Shown here piece by piece: positions 50,258 through 59,609 of a DNA stretch of 64,000 nt. The stretch covers positions 119,638 to 183,637 of the forward strand of contig JAFGFE010000035.1 in the NCBI GenBank assembly GCA_016931225.1, given 5' to 3'. The DNA is from Candidatus Zymogenaceae bacterium (GTDB taxonomy: Bacteria; Desulfobacterota; Zymogenia; Zymogenales; Zymogenaceae). Below the pieces are notes generated by a model. That model was given only the letters and a program-made list of their open reading frames with translations. It did no database searches and had not been told where the DNA came from. A program made the translations under genes and the position numbers. The first letter of the stretch is position 1; every line of letters starts with the position of its first letter.

Positions 50258-51613
50258 TCATTGTATACCATATTGCTTGATCTTCTTTGCCAGTGTGTTC
50301 CGGTTTATTCCCAGTATGGCCGCGGATTTCGACTGATTGCCCCCCGTTTCCGACAGGACGAGCTTGATCAGCGGCTCCTCGACCCTTCCCATCACGATGG
50401 GGTACAGCCCCTGCATGCTGTCTACGTTCATCTTCTGGATCAGAGGAACGAGCTTTGCCTTCAACAGGTTCTCCAGAGAAGCTTTCTCCATGGCGTAGGG
50501 GTCATTGGATGTGATAAAGTCAGGCAGGTTCATCGGGTATATATCCCTCCCCTCGGAGGCGATCAGGGCGAAGAGCGTGACAAAAAACAGCTCGTTGACA
50601 TTACCCGGCCACGAATAGTTGAGCATGAGGTTTCGAGCCTGGGGGGTGACGGGCGCCGGTCGTCGATAAAAAACACGGCTGGCCGATTCAATGAAGTATC
50701 GGGTGATGAGGGTAATATCCTCCCTGCGCTCCCTGAGAGGATCTATGTGTATCGCCTCCATCCTTTCCGTGTCGATATCAAACGCCGGCGAACCCTTCCT
50801 CGGATCGTGATGAATAATCAGCCGCGGCATGGAGCTGTTTAACAGAGGCGGAGCATTCAAAAGAGAGGTAAGGTATAGAATATCCTCATCGCTGCACTCC
50901 CGGCTGTTTCTGACCACCACCGTTCCGGTGGAGTGTATCTCCTCAATAGATTTGACGACACCCCGTCCCCGCCTCTGAGACAGCAGAGGATCATAGATCC
51001 GTATCGGGGCGAAGCTGTCCGACCCTGCCAGATGAATCGCCAGGGAAATCTGCATCTTGCCGCAGCCCGATTCACCCTCGATGAAAACCGGCCTTCGGTG
51101 TTTTTTCGCCCTCAAAACTCCTTTGCGTACTGAAATGGCGTTGGATGACCGGCCGATAAAGACCTTGTGCGTATTCTTGAACTGTTCGAAATGGTCGTTG
51201 GCGGCCGATGTAAGAATGCGGCCCGAGGCGGTTCTGTCGGCCGTCAGGAGGGCGAACTGTATCTCACTTGAATGATACGGCTCCATGATACAGGCGGAGA
51301 CGGCCTCATCCAGAAGGGATTGACAGGCATCACGCTCGCTCTCCGTCATGGTGAGTATTATCGGGATGAATCGAAACTCTTTCGTCAGTGAGAACAACAA
51401 GGTGGGCGCCCGGGAGATAAGATATCCGGCGCCGATGATGAGATATTCAGGAGGTTCGGCCCTCATCGTCTTTTTCAGATCACGAACCGTATGTTCCATA
51501 ATGGTTCGTATCGACCTGGATGTGAGGGCCTCGGTAATGGGAAGCAGCGCATCATCCTTCACGTTGAATATAATCGCCCGCTTCGCCCCGAGACCCGTCT
51601 GAGCCGGTGGCAT
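50258..51613 (-). CDS. NtrC-family regulator with degenerate sigma54-interaction AAA+ domain and C-terminal Fis-type HTH
   Basis: 451 aa (start uncertain, alt. Met at 51499); GESGCGK Walker A, LRERREDI and WPGNVNEL present but no GAFTGA/ESELFG; C-terminal GNQSKSAAILGINRNTLAKKIK HTH_8. Confidence 0.55.
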   Translation of the reverse strand: MPPAQTGLGAKRAIIFNVKDDALLPITEALTSRSIRTIMEHTVRDLKKTMRAEPPEYLIIGAGYLISRAPTLLFSLTKEFRFIPIILTMTESERDACQSLLDEAVSACIMEPYHSSEIQFALLTADRTASGRILTSAANDHFEQFKNTHKVFIGRSSNAISVRKGVLRAKKHRRPVFIEGESGCGKMQISLAIHLAGSDSFAPIRIYDPLLSQRRGRGVVKSIEEIHSTGTVVVRNSRECSDEDILYLTSLLNAPPLLNSSMPRLIIHHDPRKGSPAFDIDTERMEAIHIDPLRERREDITLITRYFIESASRVFYRRPAPVTPQARNLMLNYSWPGNVNELFFVTLFALIASEGRDIYPMNLPDFITSNDPYAMEKASLENLLKAKLVPLIQKMNVDSMQGLYPIVMGRVEEPLIKLVLSETGGNQSKSAAILGINRNTLAKKIKQYGIQ

Positions 51614-52559
51614 AGTCGCCCTCCTCCCTGTGGGATAAATAATCCCGTATGGATGTCAGCATATCGTCGTATCGTTTTGTCCGCATCAGGTGTTCTCTGA
51701 AGGACGCCGCACCTCGAAAGCCTTTTATATAATAGCAGACATGTCGACGGATGATGGGGACACATCGGCTCTCGCCGTAATACTCCGCCGCCAGGCGGCA
51801 GTGTTCCAGGATGATATCCAATAGCTCCGTCCGGTCTCTCGGGGCGCCGGATTCTGAAAACACCCAGGGCGCTCCCATGGCCCCCCGGCCGATCATCACG
51901 AACGCCACACCGGTCTGTTTTATGCGATCCCGGGCCTCATCCAGCGAGTTGATATCGCCGCTTCCGACAACCGGTATATCAAGCGAGTCCGCGAGGTGCG
52001 CCACCCGTGTCCAGTCGGCCCGGCCCGTAAAGTGTTGGGTCGCCGTTCGGGGATGGAGGCAGATTGCATCCGCGCCTGCGTCCCGGATTCTGTGTGCCAT
52101 ATCCAGATAGTTTATCGATGATTCATTCCACCCCGCCCGGATCTTCGCGGTCACGGGCACATCCACCGCCCCCTTCGCCGCAGCAACAAGACCCGCGGCG
52201 ACCGTGACATCACGCATCAGCGCCGCACCCGCACCCTGCCTGATGACCTTTTTGACCGGACATCCCATGTTGATGTCGATCAGTACGGCGCCGCGCCTCT
52301 GTGCAAACTCCGCGGCCCTAGCGACGGCCGTACCGTCTGTGCCGAAAAGCTGTACCGCCAGCGGTCCCTCCCGGGGATCGACCGTCACCATGCGCGCCGT
52401 TCTTTTCTGTCCGCGACGTATCGCCTCGGCGCTGACCATTTCCGTATACACCAGTCCCGCCCCGAAGCGACGGCATAAAATACGCATGGGAAGATCGACC
52501 ACACCGGCCATGGGCGCCGCGAAGAACGGGGAGGTGAATGATACCGAGCCGATGTTCAT
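51552..52559 (-). CDS. dusB: tRNA-dihydrouridine synthase
   Basis: 335 aa; FAAPMAGV..LDINMGCPVKKV Dus signature. Confidence 0.8.
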   Translation of the reverse strand: MNIGSVSFTSPFFAAPMAGVVDLPMRILCRRFGAGLVYTEMVSAEAIRRGQKRTARMVTVDPREGPLAVQLFGTDGTAVARAAEFAQRRGAVLIDINMGCPVKKVIRQGAGAALMRDVTVAAGLVAAAKGAVDVPVTAKIRAGWNESSINYLDMAHRIRDAGADAICLHPRTATQHFTGRADWTRVAHLADSLDIPVVGSGDINSLDEARDRIKQTGVAFVMIGRGAMGAPWVFSESGAPRDRTELLDIILEHCRLAAEYYGESRCVPIIRRHVCYYIKGFRGAASFREHLMRTKRYDDMLTSIRDYLSHREEGDYATGSDGSRGEAGDYIQREG

Positions 52560-53461
52560 GATTTCGACGAGGGTCGTTCTATCTCCATAAAGACCCTTCC
52601 CTCCTTGAAAATCCGAACGCTCCCGGTCGATTCGGAAATGACGATGGCGATGGCGTCTGTTAGGGAGGTGATGCCCGCGGCGGCCACGTGCCTGCTGCCC
52701 AGGCCCTGGGGAAGATCACCACCCTCCAGGGCGGCGTTCAGGTGTCTTCCAGCGGTCACCAGCACACCGTCGCCCCGAATGACGAATGCCCCGTCGATAA
52801 CCGAGAATTCCTTGATGGTCTCCCTGAGCTGGGCGTCGTGTATGGACAATTCCTGTTCGCTGTAGCCCTTGAATGGATTAATGACCAGCTGGCGGGAAAG
52901 CTGCAGGACCCTTTCATCGTCCCCGATGACGAAGATCGTCCCCACCGCCTTTCCCTCCCGTCCCTGGGTGGCAAGCTCAATGGCCAGATTCAGCACCGTC
53001 TCAAAAATATCCGGACGAACCACGGAATCGGCATCTATGACGGCGTCGGAGCTGAAGATTTCAAACTCCCTGTCCGTATCGACAACCACCAGCGTATCAT
53101 CGGCCCCGAATCTCGATACGCCCGTTATACAGACTATTTTATCGCCCGGCGAAATGAAATCAGAAGAAAGGGCGTACATGATCGCAAGCTTCACCTGTCC
53201 CATCCTGGTAAGGGTCACGTCCGGCACCTTCAGAAGCTTTGTAACGTCTTGTTCGGAAAGCTCATGAAACAGCTCCTCGTTTCTCACAACAACAACCGGC
53301 TTGAGCTTTTTTACCTGGTCGCTGATGGCCTTATAATCATCCCTGTTCTGCACGTTCACCAGCAACGCCTTCGCCTTGATCTCCGCGGCAACATTCGATG
53401 CGTGTTCAAGTATGATCGTCGTCAGGTGTTTTTCCCTTGTCGTCGTTTTTTTGCCCTTCAT
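52556..53461 (-). CDS. diadenylate cyclase, DacZ-like (pyruvate-kinase-C-terminal-like N-domain + DAC domain)
   Basis: 301 aa; C-terminal DGAFVI..GSRHVAAAGITSLTDAIAIVISESTGSVRIF matches DAC (DGA / RHR) core; N-terminal ~150 aa resembles PK_C alpha/beta domain; 4-nt overlaps with both neighbours. Confidence 0.6.
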   Translation of the reverse strand: MKGKKTTTREKHLTTIILEHASNVAAEIKAKALLVNVQNRDDYKAISDQVKKLKPVVVVRNEELFHELSEQDVTKLLKVPDVTLTRMGQVKLAIMYALSSDFISPGDKIVCITGVSRFGADDTLVVVDTDREFEIFSSDAVIDADSVVRPDIFETVLNLAIELATQGREGKAVGTIFVIGDDERVLQLSRQLVINPFKGYSEQELSIHDAQLRETIKEFSVIDGAFVIRGDGVLVTAGRHLNAALEGGDLPQGLGSRHVAAAGITSLTDAIAIVISESTGSVRIFKEGRVFMEIERPSSKS

Positions 53462-54414
53462 TCTTCTTTTCGCCCAAATGTAAAACGTTTTTTTCTCTTT
53501 ATGAATCTTTCGATCTTTTCGATATCCTCAAAGGCGGCCCGCTCTCCCTCCTTTACCCCCAGGTAGTATCGGTGAAAATCAAACAACCCGAGATAGTCCA
53601 GATCGGGAGTTATAATAACATCCGGCCGCTCCCTTTTGAGCCGCATCCTGTTGATCTCCGAGGCCATGATGTTTATCGAACCCTGAATAATCTCGAAAAT
53701 GTTCGGAACGGCTTCATCGTCCGACTTCTCCGCGAAGCCGTGTCTGATGCTGATCTCCAATTTGTATTCGGGAACCTTTGGCGAAATGTCAACAGCGATG
53801 ATATAATCCGCCCCCAGATCCCGCACCACCTGTACCGGCACCGGATTTACCACGCCTCCGTCAATCAGAAGCATATCGCCCATGGGAACCGGCTGGAATA
53901 TTCCCGGTATCGATATCGACGCTCGTATCGCCCCCGCCAGGTCTCCCTCCTTGAAGATGACTTCCGTCCCGGTTTTATAATCGGTGGCGACACAGGCGAA
54001 CTTCATCGGGAGATCTTCTATGTTCGTATTTTCGCCGAGATGTTCTCGGAGAAACCGTTCGATGCGTTTCCCCTCCACAAGACCGTTTTTTGGAAACACC
54101 ACGTCAACAAACCTGAGCTGGTTGCGCATGGTCAGAACGGATAGGTGCTCGTGCAGGACATTCAATTTTCCCGCCGCCAGGAACGCGCCGACCAACGCCC
54201 CGACGCTTGTTCCGGAAACGGCGTCGATCTTCACACCCATTTCGGTGAGCACCTGTATCACGCCCATATGGGCGAGACCCCGGGCGGCACCGCTCCCCAG
54301 GGCCAGACCGATCCGTTTATTACCCGGCAGGGGAAGGTAATGTTGTAACTTCTTAAAGAAAAGCCGGAACGTATTGGTAAATGTCTTTTGGGGAATCCGA
54401 GATTCAGGATTCAT
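53458..54414 (-). CDS. patatin-like phospholipase (RssA/NTE-type)
   Basis: 318 aa; GLALGSGAARG oxyanion loop, GTSVGA nucleophile elbow, DGG catalytic Asp motif. Confidence 0.7.
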   Translation of the reverse strand: MNPESRIPQKTFTNTFRLFFKKLQHYLPLPGNKRIGLALGSGAARGLAHMGVIQVLTEMGVKIDAVSGTSVGALVGAFLAAGKLNVLHEHLSVLTMRNQLRFVDVVFPKNGLVEGKRIERFLREHLGENTNIEDLPMKFACVATDYKTGTEVIFKEGDLAGAIRASISIPGIFQPVPMGDMLLIDGGVVNPVPVQVVRDLGADYIIAVDISPKVPEYKLEISIRHGFAEKSDDEAVPNIFEIIQGSINIMASEINRMRLKRERPDVIITPDLDYLGLFDFHRYYLGVKEGERAAFEDIEKIERFIKRKKRFTFGRKEE

Positions 54415-54642
54415 CGTTTTTTTTGGATATATCGCTGAAATCGCTGTTTCAGGTACATATCATGTGAAAATCGAAAGCTTTTTCGTTTTTCTTCCCGGAG
54501 GGTGTTTTTTCAACGAAACCTTTTATTGCCTTGTGCATCTAACATTATGATAATAAAAGTGATTTCCGATACTGTAGTATATTTGGATGTGCTTGTCAAT
54601 TAAATAGCTGCGGCGGAAAACATAAAACAATAAAAGAATATT

Positions 54643-54672
54643 TTGACAGAATAATTTTTTTTATGATATAAT
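54643..54672 (+). promoter_or_regulatory. sigma70-type promoter of rpoH
   Basis: TTGACA (54643-54648), 18-nt spacer, TATAAT (54667-54672). Confidence 0.55.
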
Positions 54673-54698
54673 TAGCACTCATCAGAGAAGAGTGCTAA
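54672..54698 (+). promoter_or_regulatory. CIRCE operator (HrcA binding site) in rpoH promoter/leader
   Basis: Perfect consensus TTAGCACTC-N9-GAGTGCTAA overlapping the -10 (TATAAT 54667-54672) and 30 nt upstream of rpoH ATG. Confidence 0.8.
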
Positions 54699-54727
54699 TT
54701 ATATCAAGCATTCGACAAAGAGGAGAT

Positions 54728-55594
54728 ATGCCTATGGAAAACACATCGTATTATCCCGCACCCACGACCACGATGTCGCTCTATATGAAAAATGTCAATA
54801 ATATCCCTCTTCTGACCAAGGAAGAGGAGTATGAGCTGGCGGTTCGGTGGTATGACCATAAAGATCTGGATGCAGCACATCAACTTGTCGTTTCAAACCT
54901 TCGCTTCGTCGTGAAGGTCGCCAATGAATATGTACATTACGGCCTGAAAATAATGGACCTCATTCAGGAGGGCAATATAGGCCTGATGCAGGCGATCAAG
55001 AAGTTCAATCCCTATAAGGGCTACCGGCTCATATCATATGCCGTGTGGTGGATTCGGGCCTACATCCAAAACTTCATCATCAAATCCTGGAGCCTCGTAA
55101 AGATCGGGACAACCCAGGCGCAGAAAAAACTGTTTTACAAGATGAAGCAGGTAAAAAACGCCCTCGGCATCGACGAGACAAGCGAAGAGGATATTTCCGC
55201 CATCGCAGGCGAACTGGATGTGAACGACAACGTGGTCAGAGAAATGGATCAGCGCCTGGCCGGAAGGGATCTTTCCCTCAATACGTCGTTGGGTGACGAC
55301 GACCACATTACGTACCTGGATTTCGTGTCTGAAGATCCAATGCAGGAATCCATCCTCATCGATGAAGAAGAACAACATAATCTGAAGAACGATATTAAAG
55401 ACGCCCTCAAAAGCCTGAATGAAAAAGAGAGCTACATCATCACCCATCGTGTTATGGCGGAAAAGGGCATGACCCTTCAGGAAATCGCCGATAAGTTCGG
55501 CATCTCCCGGGAACGGGTCAGGCAGATAGAGGTCGGCGCCCTTAAAAAACTCAGGAATATACCTCAAATCAATCATTATCGTGCGGATACCTGA
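54728..55594 (+). CDS. rpoH: RNA polymerase sigma-32 factor
   Basis: ORF 54692 begins at GTG inside the CIRCE; ATG 54728 after AGGAG. Regions 2-4 of sigma70 family, RpoH box-like QAQKKLFYKMKQ. Confidence 0.8.
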   Translation: MPMENTSYYPAPTTTMSLYMKNVNNIPLLTKEEEYELAVRWYDHKDLDAAHQLVVSNLRFVVKVANEYVHYGLKIMDLIQEGNIGLMQAIKKFNPYKGYRLISYAVWWIRAYIQNFIIKSWSLVKIGTTQAQKKLFYKMKQVKNALGIDETSEEDISAIAGELDVNDNVVREMDQRLAGRDLSLNTSLGDDDHITYLDFVSEDPMQESILIDEEEQHNLKNDIKDALKSLNEKESYIITHRVMAEKGMTLQEIADKFGISRERVRQIEVGALKKLRNIPQINHYRADT

Positions 55595-55650
55595 TTCGTT
55601 ATTTCTGGAAGCCGAACGTTTCGATATCCACGAAAAACACCTATCGTACA

Positions 55651-55724
55651 CCCGCATATACCGGCATGAAGATCGTCGGAGTACCTTCATCCGAGGCCTT
55701 TGACCGGTAATGCGGGTATTTTTG
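55651..55724 (+). terminator. long-stem hairpin + T-tract downstream of rpoH
   Basis: CCCGCATATACCGG ... CCGGTAATGCGGG followed by TATTTTT; unusually long loop. Confidence 0.35.
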
Positions 55725-56216
55725 TACGGAGATATTGACAATAAGGACATGTATCACCAGCCCACACGGATATTTGAGACCGTGGAGAATATCATATGTC
55801 GTTCTATATACCCCCACCATGGTAGTAAAAGGGTACCTTTTTGGACCTCCCCTCTCAATATTCATTATCATTCTATTTTTTATGAATACTCATACATGTA
55901 ATCATTATACTCCCATTTTTTCTCCACTATACTCCCTTTTGCCCATTTACAATAGTGACGAAATTGGTTATTTTATTTTCAAGCATGTTAATTATGTTTT
56001 GCTATTCACATTATTACCGTATATAGGGGTATTATTTAACACAGAATGGATATACCATAAATGGTAAGTTTTTCCATGTCACGTGATAGATATTGAATAT
56101 GTATTTCATTTTGTGTAATATAGTTTGATTATTTATCTATAATCTGTGAATTTCTCGTCTGTTACCTATATTACATTGCAAACACAGACTCAACAATCAC
56201 ACAAGATGGAGATATT

Positions 56217-56753
56217 ATGAGAGAGCGAAGAAGCCGAACCAACACAAAAATCAAACCGAAAGAGGTTTCCGAACGGCTCCAGGAACTGATCAAGCAATCG
56301 GGTCTGAAACAATACCAGTTTGCAGAGAAATGTCAGATTACCGCCGCGGCACTGTCCACATACTTGAACAAGGAGCGCATTCCCGAATCTGCCATCCTGG
56401 CCAGGATTTCCGATTTCTCAAACACATCCATGGAGTGGATTCTCACCGGAAAAACCGTCAATGAGCAGTTGATGGAAAAGGGTGATGAATTCCAGGATCA
56501 GGTCCTCAAGGACATGGCTGAAGACGTGAAGATGTGGCGGGAAAAAGCACTGGAAGCGGAAAATCTCCTCAGGTCCACCCAGGAAGTAATGAATGTCATG
56601 GAGTCCGGTGGAGACTACAGCGAGGCCGATCCCACAAAGATCAACCCGGACGAAATAACACTGCTCTCAAACTTCCGACTCCTGTCCGAGAAGCGCCAAC
56701 AGAAGGTATTGGAATACATCGCTGATCAGCTGAAAGTGGAAAAATCGAGATAG
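56217..56753 (+). CDS. XRE-family HTH transcriptional regulator with coiled-coil C-terminal domain
   Basis: 178 aa; Cro/C1-type HTH (LIKQSGLKQYQFAEKCQITAAALSTYL); lower GC than surroundings. Confidence 0.55.
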   Translation: MRERRSRTNTKIKPKEVSERLQELIKQSGLKQYQFAEKCQITAAALSTYLNKERIPESAILARISDFSNTSMEWILTGKTVNEQLMEKGDEFQDQVLKDMAEDVKMWREKALEAENLLRSTQEVMNVMESGGDYSEADPTKINPDEITLLSNFRLLSEKRQQKVLEYIADQLKVEKSR

Positions 56754-56778
56754 GAGCACAGATTCATCTGATTCGGAC

Positions 56779-56827
56779 GGCGTCGTGTCCCCTTTCGAAA
56801 TGAAAAACGGGACGACGCCTTTTTTTT
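56779..56827 (+). terminator. rho-independent terminator after XRE regulator gene
   Basis: GGCGTCGTGTCCC-loop-GGGACGACGCC followed by T8. Confidence 0.7.
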
Positions 56828-56989
56828 GTCATCACTACCGGACGATACGACACCTCAAATCTCCAAAAGGAAGATACCTCTCGATCATTCTCACCGCCCA
56901 TTACACGGTCGGACCTTAATACAAGCAAATGTATTGACAAAACCGGACGAAGAATGATAGGGTGAATCAGTTTGTAAAATAATAGGAGC

Positions 56990-57577
56990 ATGAAACATAT
57001 GATGTTATCGAAGTCGACCCGAATAGTTTTTTTCTGTATGGCCGTTCTGGGATGTGCGGCTCTTTTCGGCTGCGGTGGACCGGAAAACGTCATCAGCGAT
57101 TACAGTGAACCGACACCGACAATGGATTATGATCTGAACACGGCCGAAGAGTTGTTCGCAGAAGAAGAATATGAAAGCGCCGCCCTGGCCTATGAGGTAT
57201 TCATCCAGAATCACCCCCTGAACGACAATGTACCCTACGCACTTTTTCGTCAGGGTCTCTCATATTTCAAGGTTTCGGAAAACACCAACAGAGATCAAGC
57301 CCCCACCGAACGAGCCGCGGTAATCTTTTCTCAGCTCATTTTGATGTACCCGAACAGCAAGTACGTCTCCAACGCCATGAGCTACTTGAGGCTTTGTCAT
57401 GAGCGGTTGGCCGAGTATAACTTCAACATCGGGATTTATTACTTCGACAAAAAGGAATATAACGCCGCCATCATGAGGTTCCAAGAGGTTATTACAAAGT
57501 ATCCGGGCTTCGGGTACGATGAGCAGGCGAAACGCTATATCGAAGAGAGCAAAAAGAATCTCTCCGAATTAAAATAA
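56990..57577 (+). CDS. outer-membrane lipoprotein with TPR repeats, BamD/YfiO-like
   Basis: 195 aa; lipobox LFGC after signal peptide, TPR-like helices, BamD-like motifs (YALFRQGLSYF, NIGIYYF). Confidence 0.5.
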   Translation: MKHMMLSKSTRIVFFCMAVLGCAALFGCGGPENVISDYSEPTPTMDYDLNTAEELFAEEEYESAALAYEVFIQNHPLNDNVPYALFRQGLSYFKVSENTNRDQAPTERAAVIFSQLILMYPNSKYVSNAMSYLRLCHERLAEYNFNIGIYYFDKKEYNAAIMRFQEVITKYPGFGYDEQAKRYIEESKKNLSELK

Positions 57578-57680
57578 TGCGGTATACACCCTACAGATGA
57601 TATCTTCAAAACGACATCACCTCTTTCATTCATGCGTCTTATGGGGATACCATACTGAATAAAATTTCCCGAGAGAAAAG

Positions 57681-58382
57681 ATGAAATATGTAAGCAAAGA
57701 CTACTGGCTCGGTAAAGAAGCGTACAAAAACGGGAAGTATAAAAAAGCGAAAGAGCACTTCATCAAGCTCCTTGAAGAAGGCGTGAACTTCGCGGACGTC
57801 TATTACATGCTCGGAATCATCTATCATCGCGATGGGAAATACGAATCGGCGGTACACTGTTTCGAGGAAGCGCTCAGCATCAACCCCGACTACACCGAGG
57901 CGTCCTTGAACCTGGCGGTCATCTACAACGATATGGGCAAGATAGATCGCGCCGGAGAAGTCTACGTAAATGCAAAGGACCGTGCGAAAACCGAAGCCAA
58001 GCCGAAATACCTGGACAAATACCTGTCAGGGAAAATTTCAAACCTTCACGCGGATCTCGCCGACATTTATCACAGTATCGGCGTGTATGACACCGCTATA
58101 GTCGAGTATGAAATGGCCCTGAAGCTGAACCCCGATTTTCATGACATCAGGACGAAGCTGGCTACGGCCATGATGAATGCAGGAAACGTTTCAAACGCCG
58201 TGGTCGAGCTGAAAAGAGTCATCAAGGAGCGGGCGGATTATATCCCCGCGTCCATGAACCTTGGACTCTGTTACTTCAAGATGAATAAATTCGACGAGGC
58301 GAGAAAAATCTGGGAGAAGGTCGCAGAGCAGGATCCGGACAACAAATTCATCCCCCTGTATCTGAAAATGCTGGAATCCTGA
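57681..58382 (+). CDS. TPR repeat protein
   Basis: 233 aa; several 34-aa TPR-like units (YMLGIIYHRDGKYESAVHCFEEAL...). Confidence 0.55.
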   Translation: MKYVSKDYWLGKEAYKNGKYKKAKEHFIKLLEEGVNFADVYYMLGIIYHRDGKYESAVHCFEEALSINPDYTEASLNLAVIYNDMGKIDRAGEVYVNAKDRAKTEAKPKYLDKYLSGKISNLHADLADIYHSIGVYDTAIVEYEMALKLNPDFHDIRTKLATAMMNAGNVSNAVVELKRVIKERADYIPASMNLGLCYFKMNKFDEARKIWEKVAEQDPDNKFIPLYLKMLES

Positions 58383-58414
58383 CAATTCACCCGTCGATTT
58401 TGAACATGTAAAAA

Positions 58415-58442
58415 GCCCGTTGTAAGGACAACGGGCTTTTTT
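58415..58442. terminator. bidirectional terminator between TPR gene and dnaJ
   Basis: AAAAAGCCCGTTGT-aagg-ACAACGGGCTTTTTT. Confidence 0.7.
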
Positions 58443-58487
58443 ACGCGTACGGTGCCGGACATTTTTATCGGCCGTTATTGCTATATA

Positions 58488-59597
58488 TCAATCGAAAAGC
58501 CCTCGAACCTTTTCAAAGAATCCTCTATGCCCCGGGTGCGTATCGTCACCGCTTTCCTGCATGAACTCCTCGAGAAGCTCTTTTTGCCGTCGGCTCAATT
58601 TCATGGGCGTCTCAACTTGGATGATGATATGCTGATTGCCCCTGCCGTGTCCGTTCAGGCGCGGTACACCAAGGTTTTTCATGACCAGCGTGTTCCCCGA
58701 CTGTGTCCCCGCGGATATTTTCATCTTTTTTAATCCCTCAAGGGTTGGGACTTTTACCTCCGTGCCCAGGGCGGCCTCGGGAAAGGTAATGGGGACCTGA
58801 CAGATGATGTCATACCCCTGGCGGTGGAAAATCGGGTGCTCGGCCACATCGATCACCACATAAAGATCGCCGGGAGGGCCGCCTCCGGCCCCCAGCTCGC
58901 CCTCCCCCGAAAGCTTCAAGCGTGTACCGGTCTCCACTCCGGGAGGCACCTTTACGGTAAGGGTTCGTGTTTCCTTCACCTTCCCGGTTCCGTCACAGTC
59001 TGGGCAGGGATCGGTGATGATTGATCCCGCACCGTGACATTGGGGACAGGTGCGGGAAAAGGTGAGGATGCCGTGCTGGGTGCGAACCTGGCCGGTGCCC
59101 CGACAGCTCGGGCAGGTCTGGGGTGAGGTCCCGGGGCGTGAGCCGTCCCCGCCGCAAGTATCGCATCGGACCATCCGGGGGACCTGTATCTTCGCTTCGA
59201 CGCCGAACACCGCGTCGTTGAAATCGAGGGTCAAATGATACCGGAGGTCGGCGCCCCGGCTGCCCCGGCCCCTTCGACGCCCCATACCGAAGATATCTCC
59301 AAAGACATCATTGAAAATATCGTCAAAGCCTCGAAAACCGAAATCGCCGAAACCGTTCCCGAACCCGCCGCCACCCACGCCGGCGTGACCGTATCTGTCG
59401 TACATGTCCCTTTTTTCGATGTCGGACAGCACCTCATAGGCCTCGGTGGCCTCTCTGAATAGGTCCTCGGCCCGGTCGTCGTCGGGATTTTTATCCGGAT
59501 GATATTTCAGGGCGAGTTTTCTATACGCTTTTTTTATCTCATCCGCGCCGGCATTTTTGGAGACACCGAGCACATCATAATAGTCACGCTTTTCCAA
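58488..59597 (-). CDS. dnaJ: molecular chaperone DnaJ
   Basis: 369 aa; J-domain with HPD, G/F-rich linker, four CxxCxGxG zinc-finger repeats. Confidence 0.9.
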   Translation of the reverse strand: MEKRDYYDVLGVSKNAGADEIKKAYRKLALKYHPDKNPDDDRAEDLFREATEAYEVLSDIEKRDMYDRYGHAGVGGGGFGNGFGDFGFRGFDDIFNDVFGDIFGMGRRRGRGSRGADLRYHLTLDFNDAVFGVEAKIQVPRMVRCDTCGGDGSRPGTSPQTCPSCRGTGQVRTQHGILTFSRTCPQCHGAGSIITDPCPDCDGTGKVKETRTLTVKVPPGVETGTRLKLSGEGELGAGGGPPGDLYVVIDVAEHPIFHRQGYDIICQVPITFPEAALGTEVKVPTLEGLKKMKISAGTQSGNTLVMKNLGVPRLNGHGRGNQHIIIQVETPMKLSRRQKELLEEFMQESGDDTHPGHRGFFEKVRGLFD

Positions 59598-59609
59598 TGA
59601 CCCTTTTCC

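Noticed and set aside
52556-54414. Interpretation of DAC + patatin as a CBASS-like antiphage system
   Set aside because: There is no CD-NTase, Cap or ubiquitin-like accessory gene. The module is embedded between housekeeping dusB and rpoH. c-di-AMP cyclases are normally housekeeping. It is kept only as a lower-confidence functional coupling (see findings).
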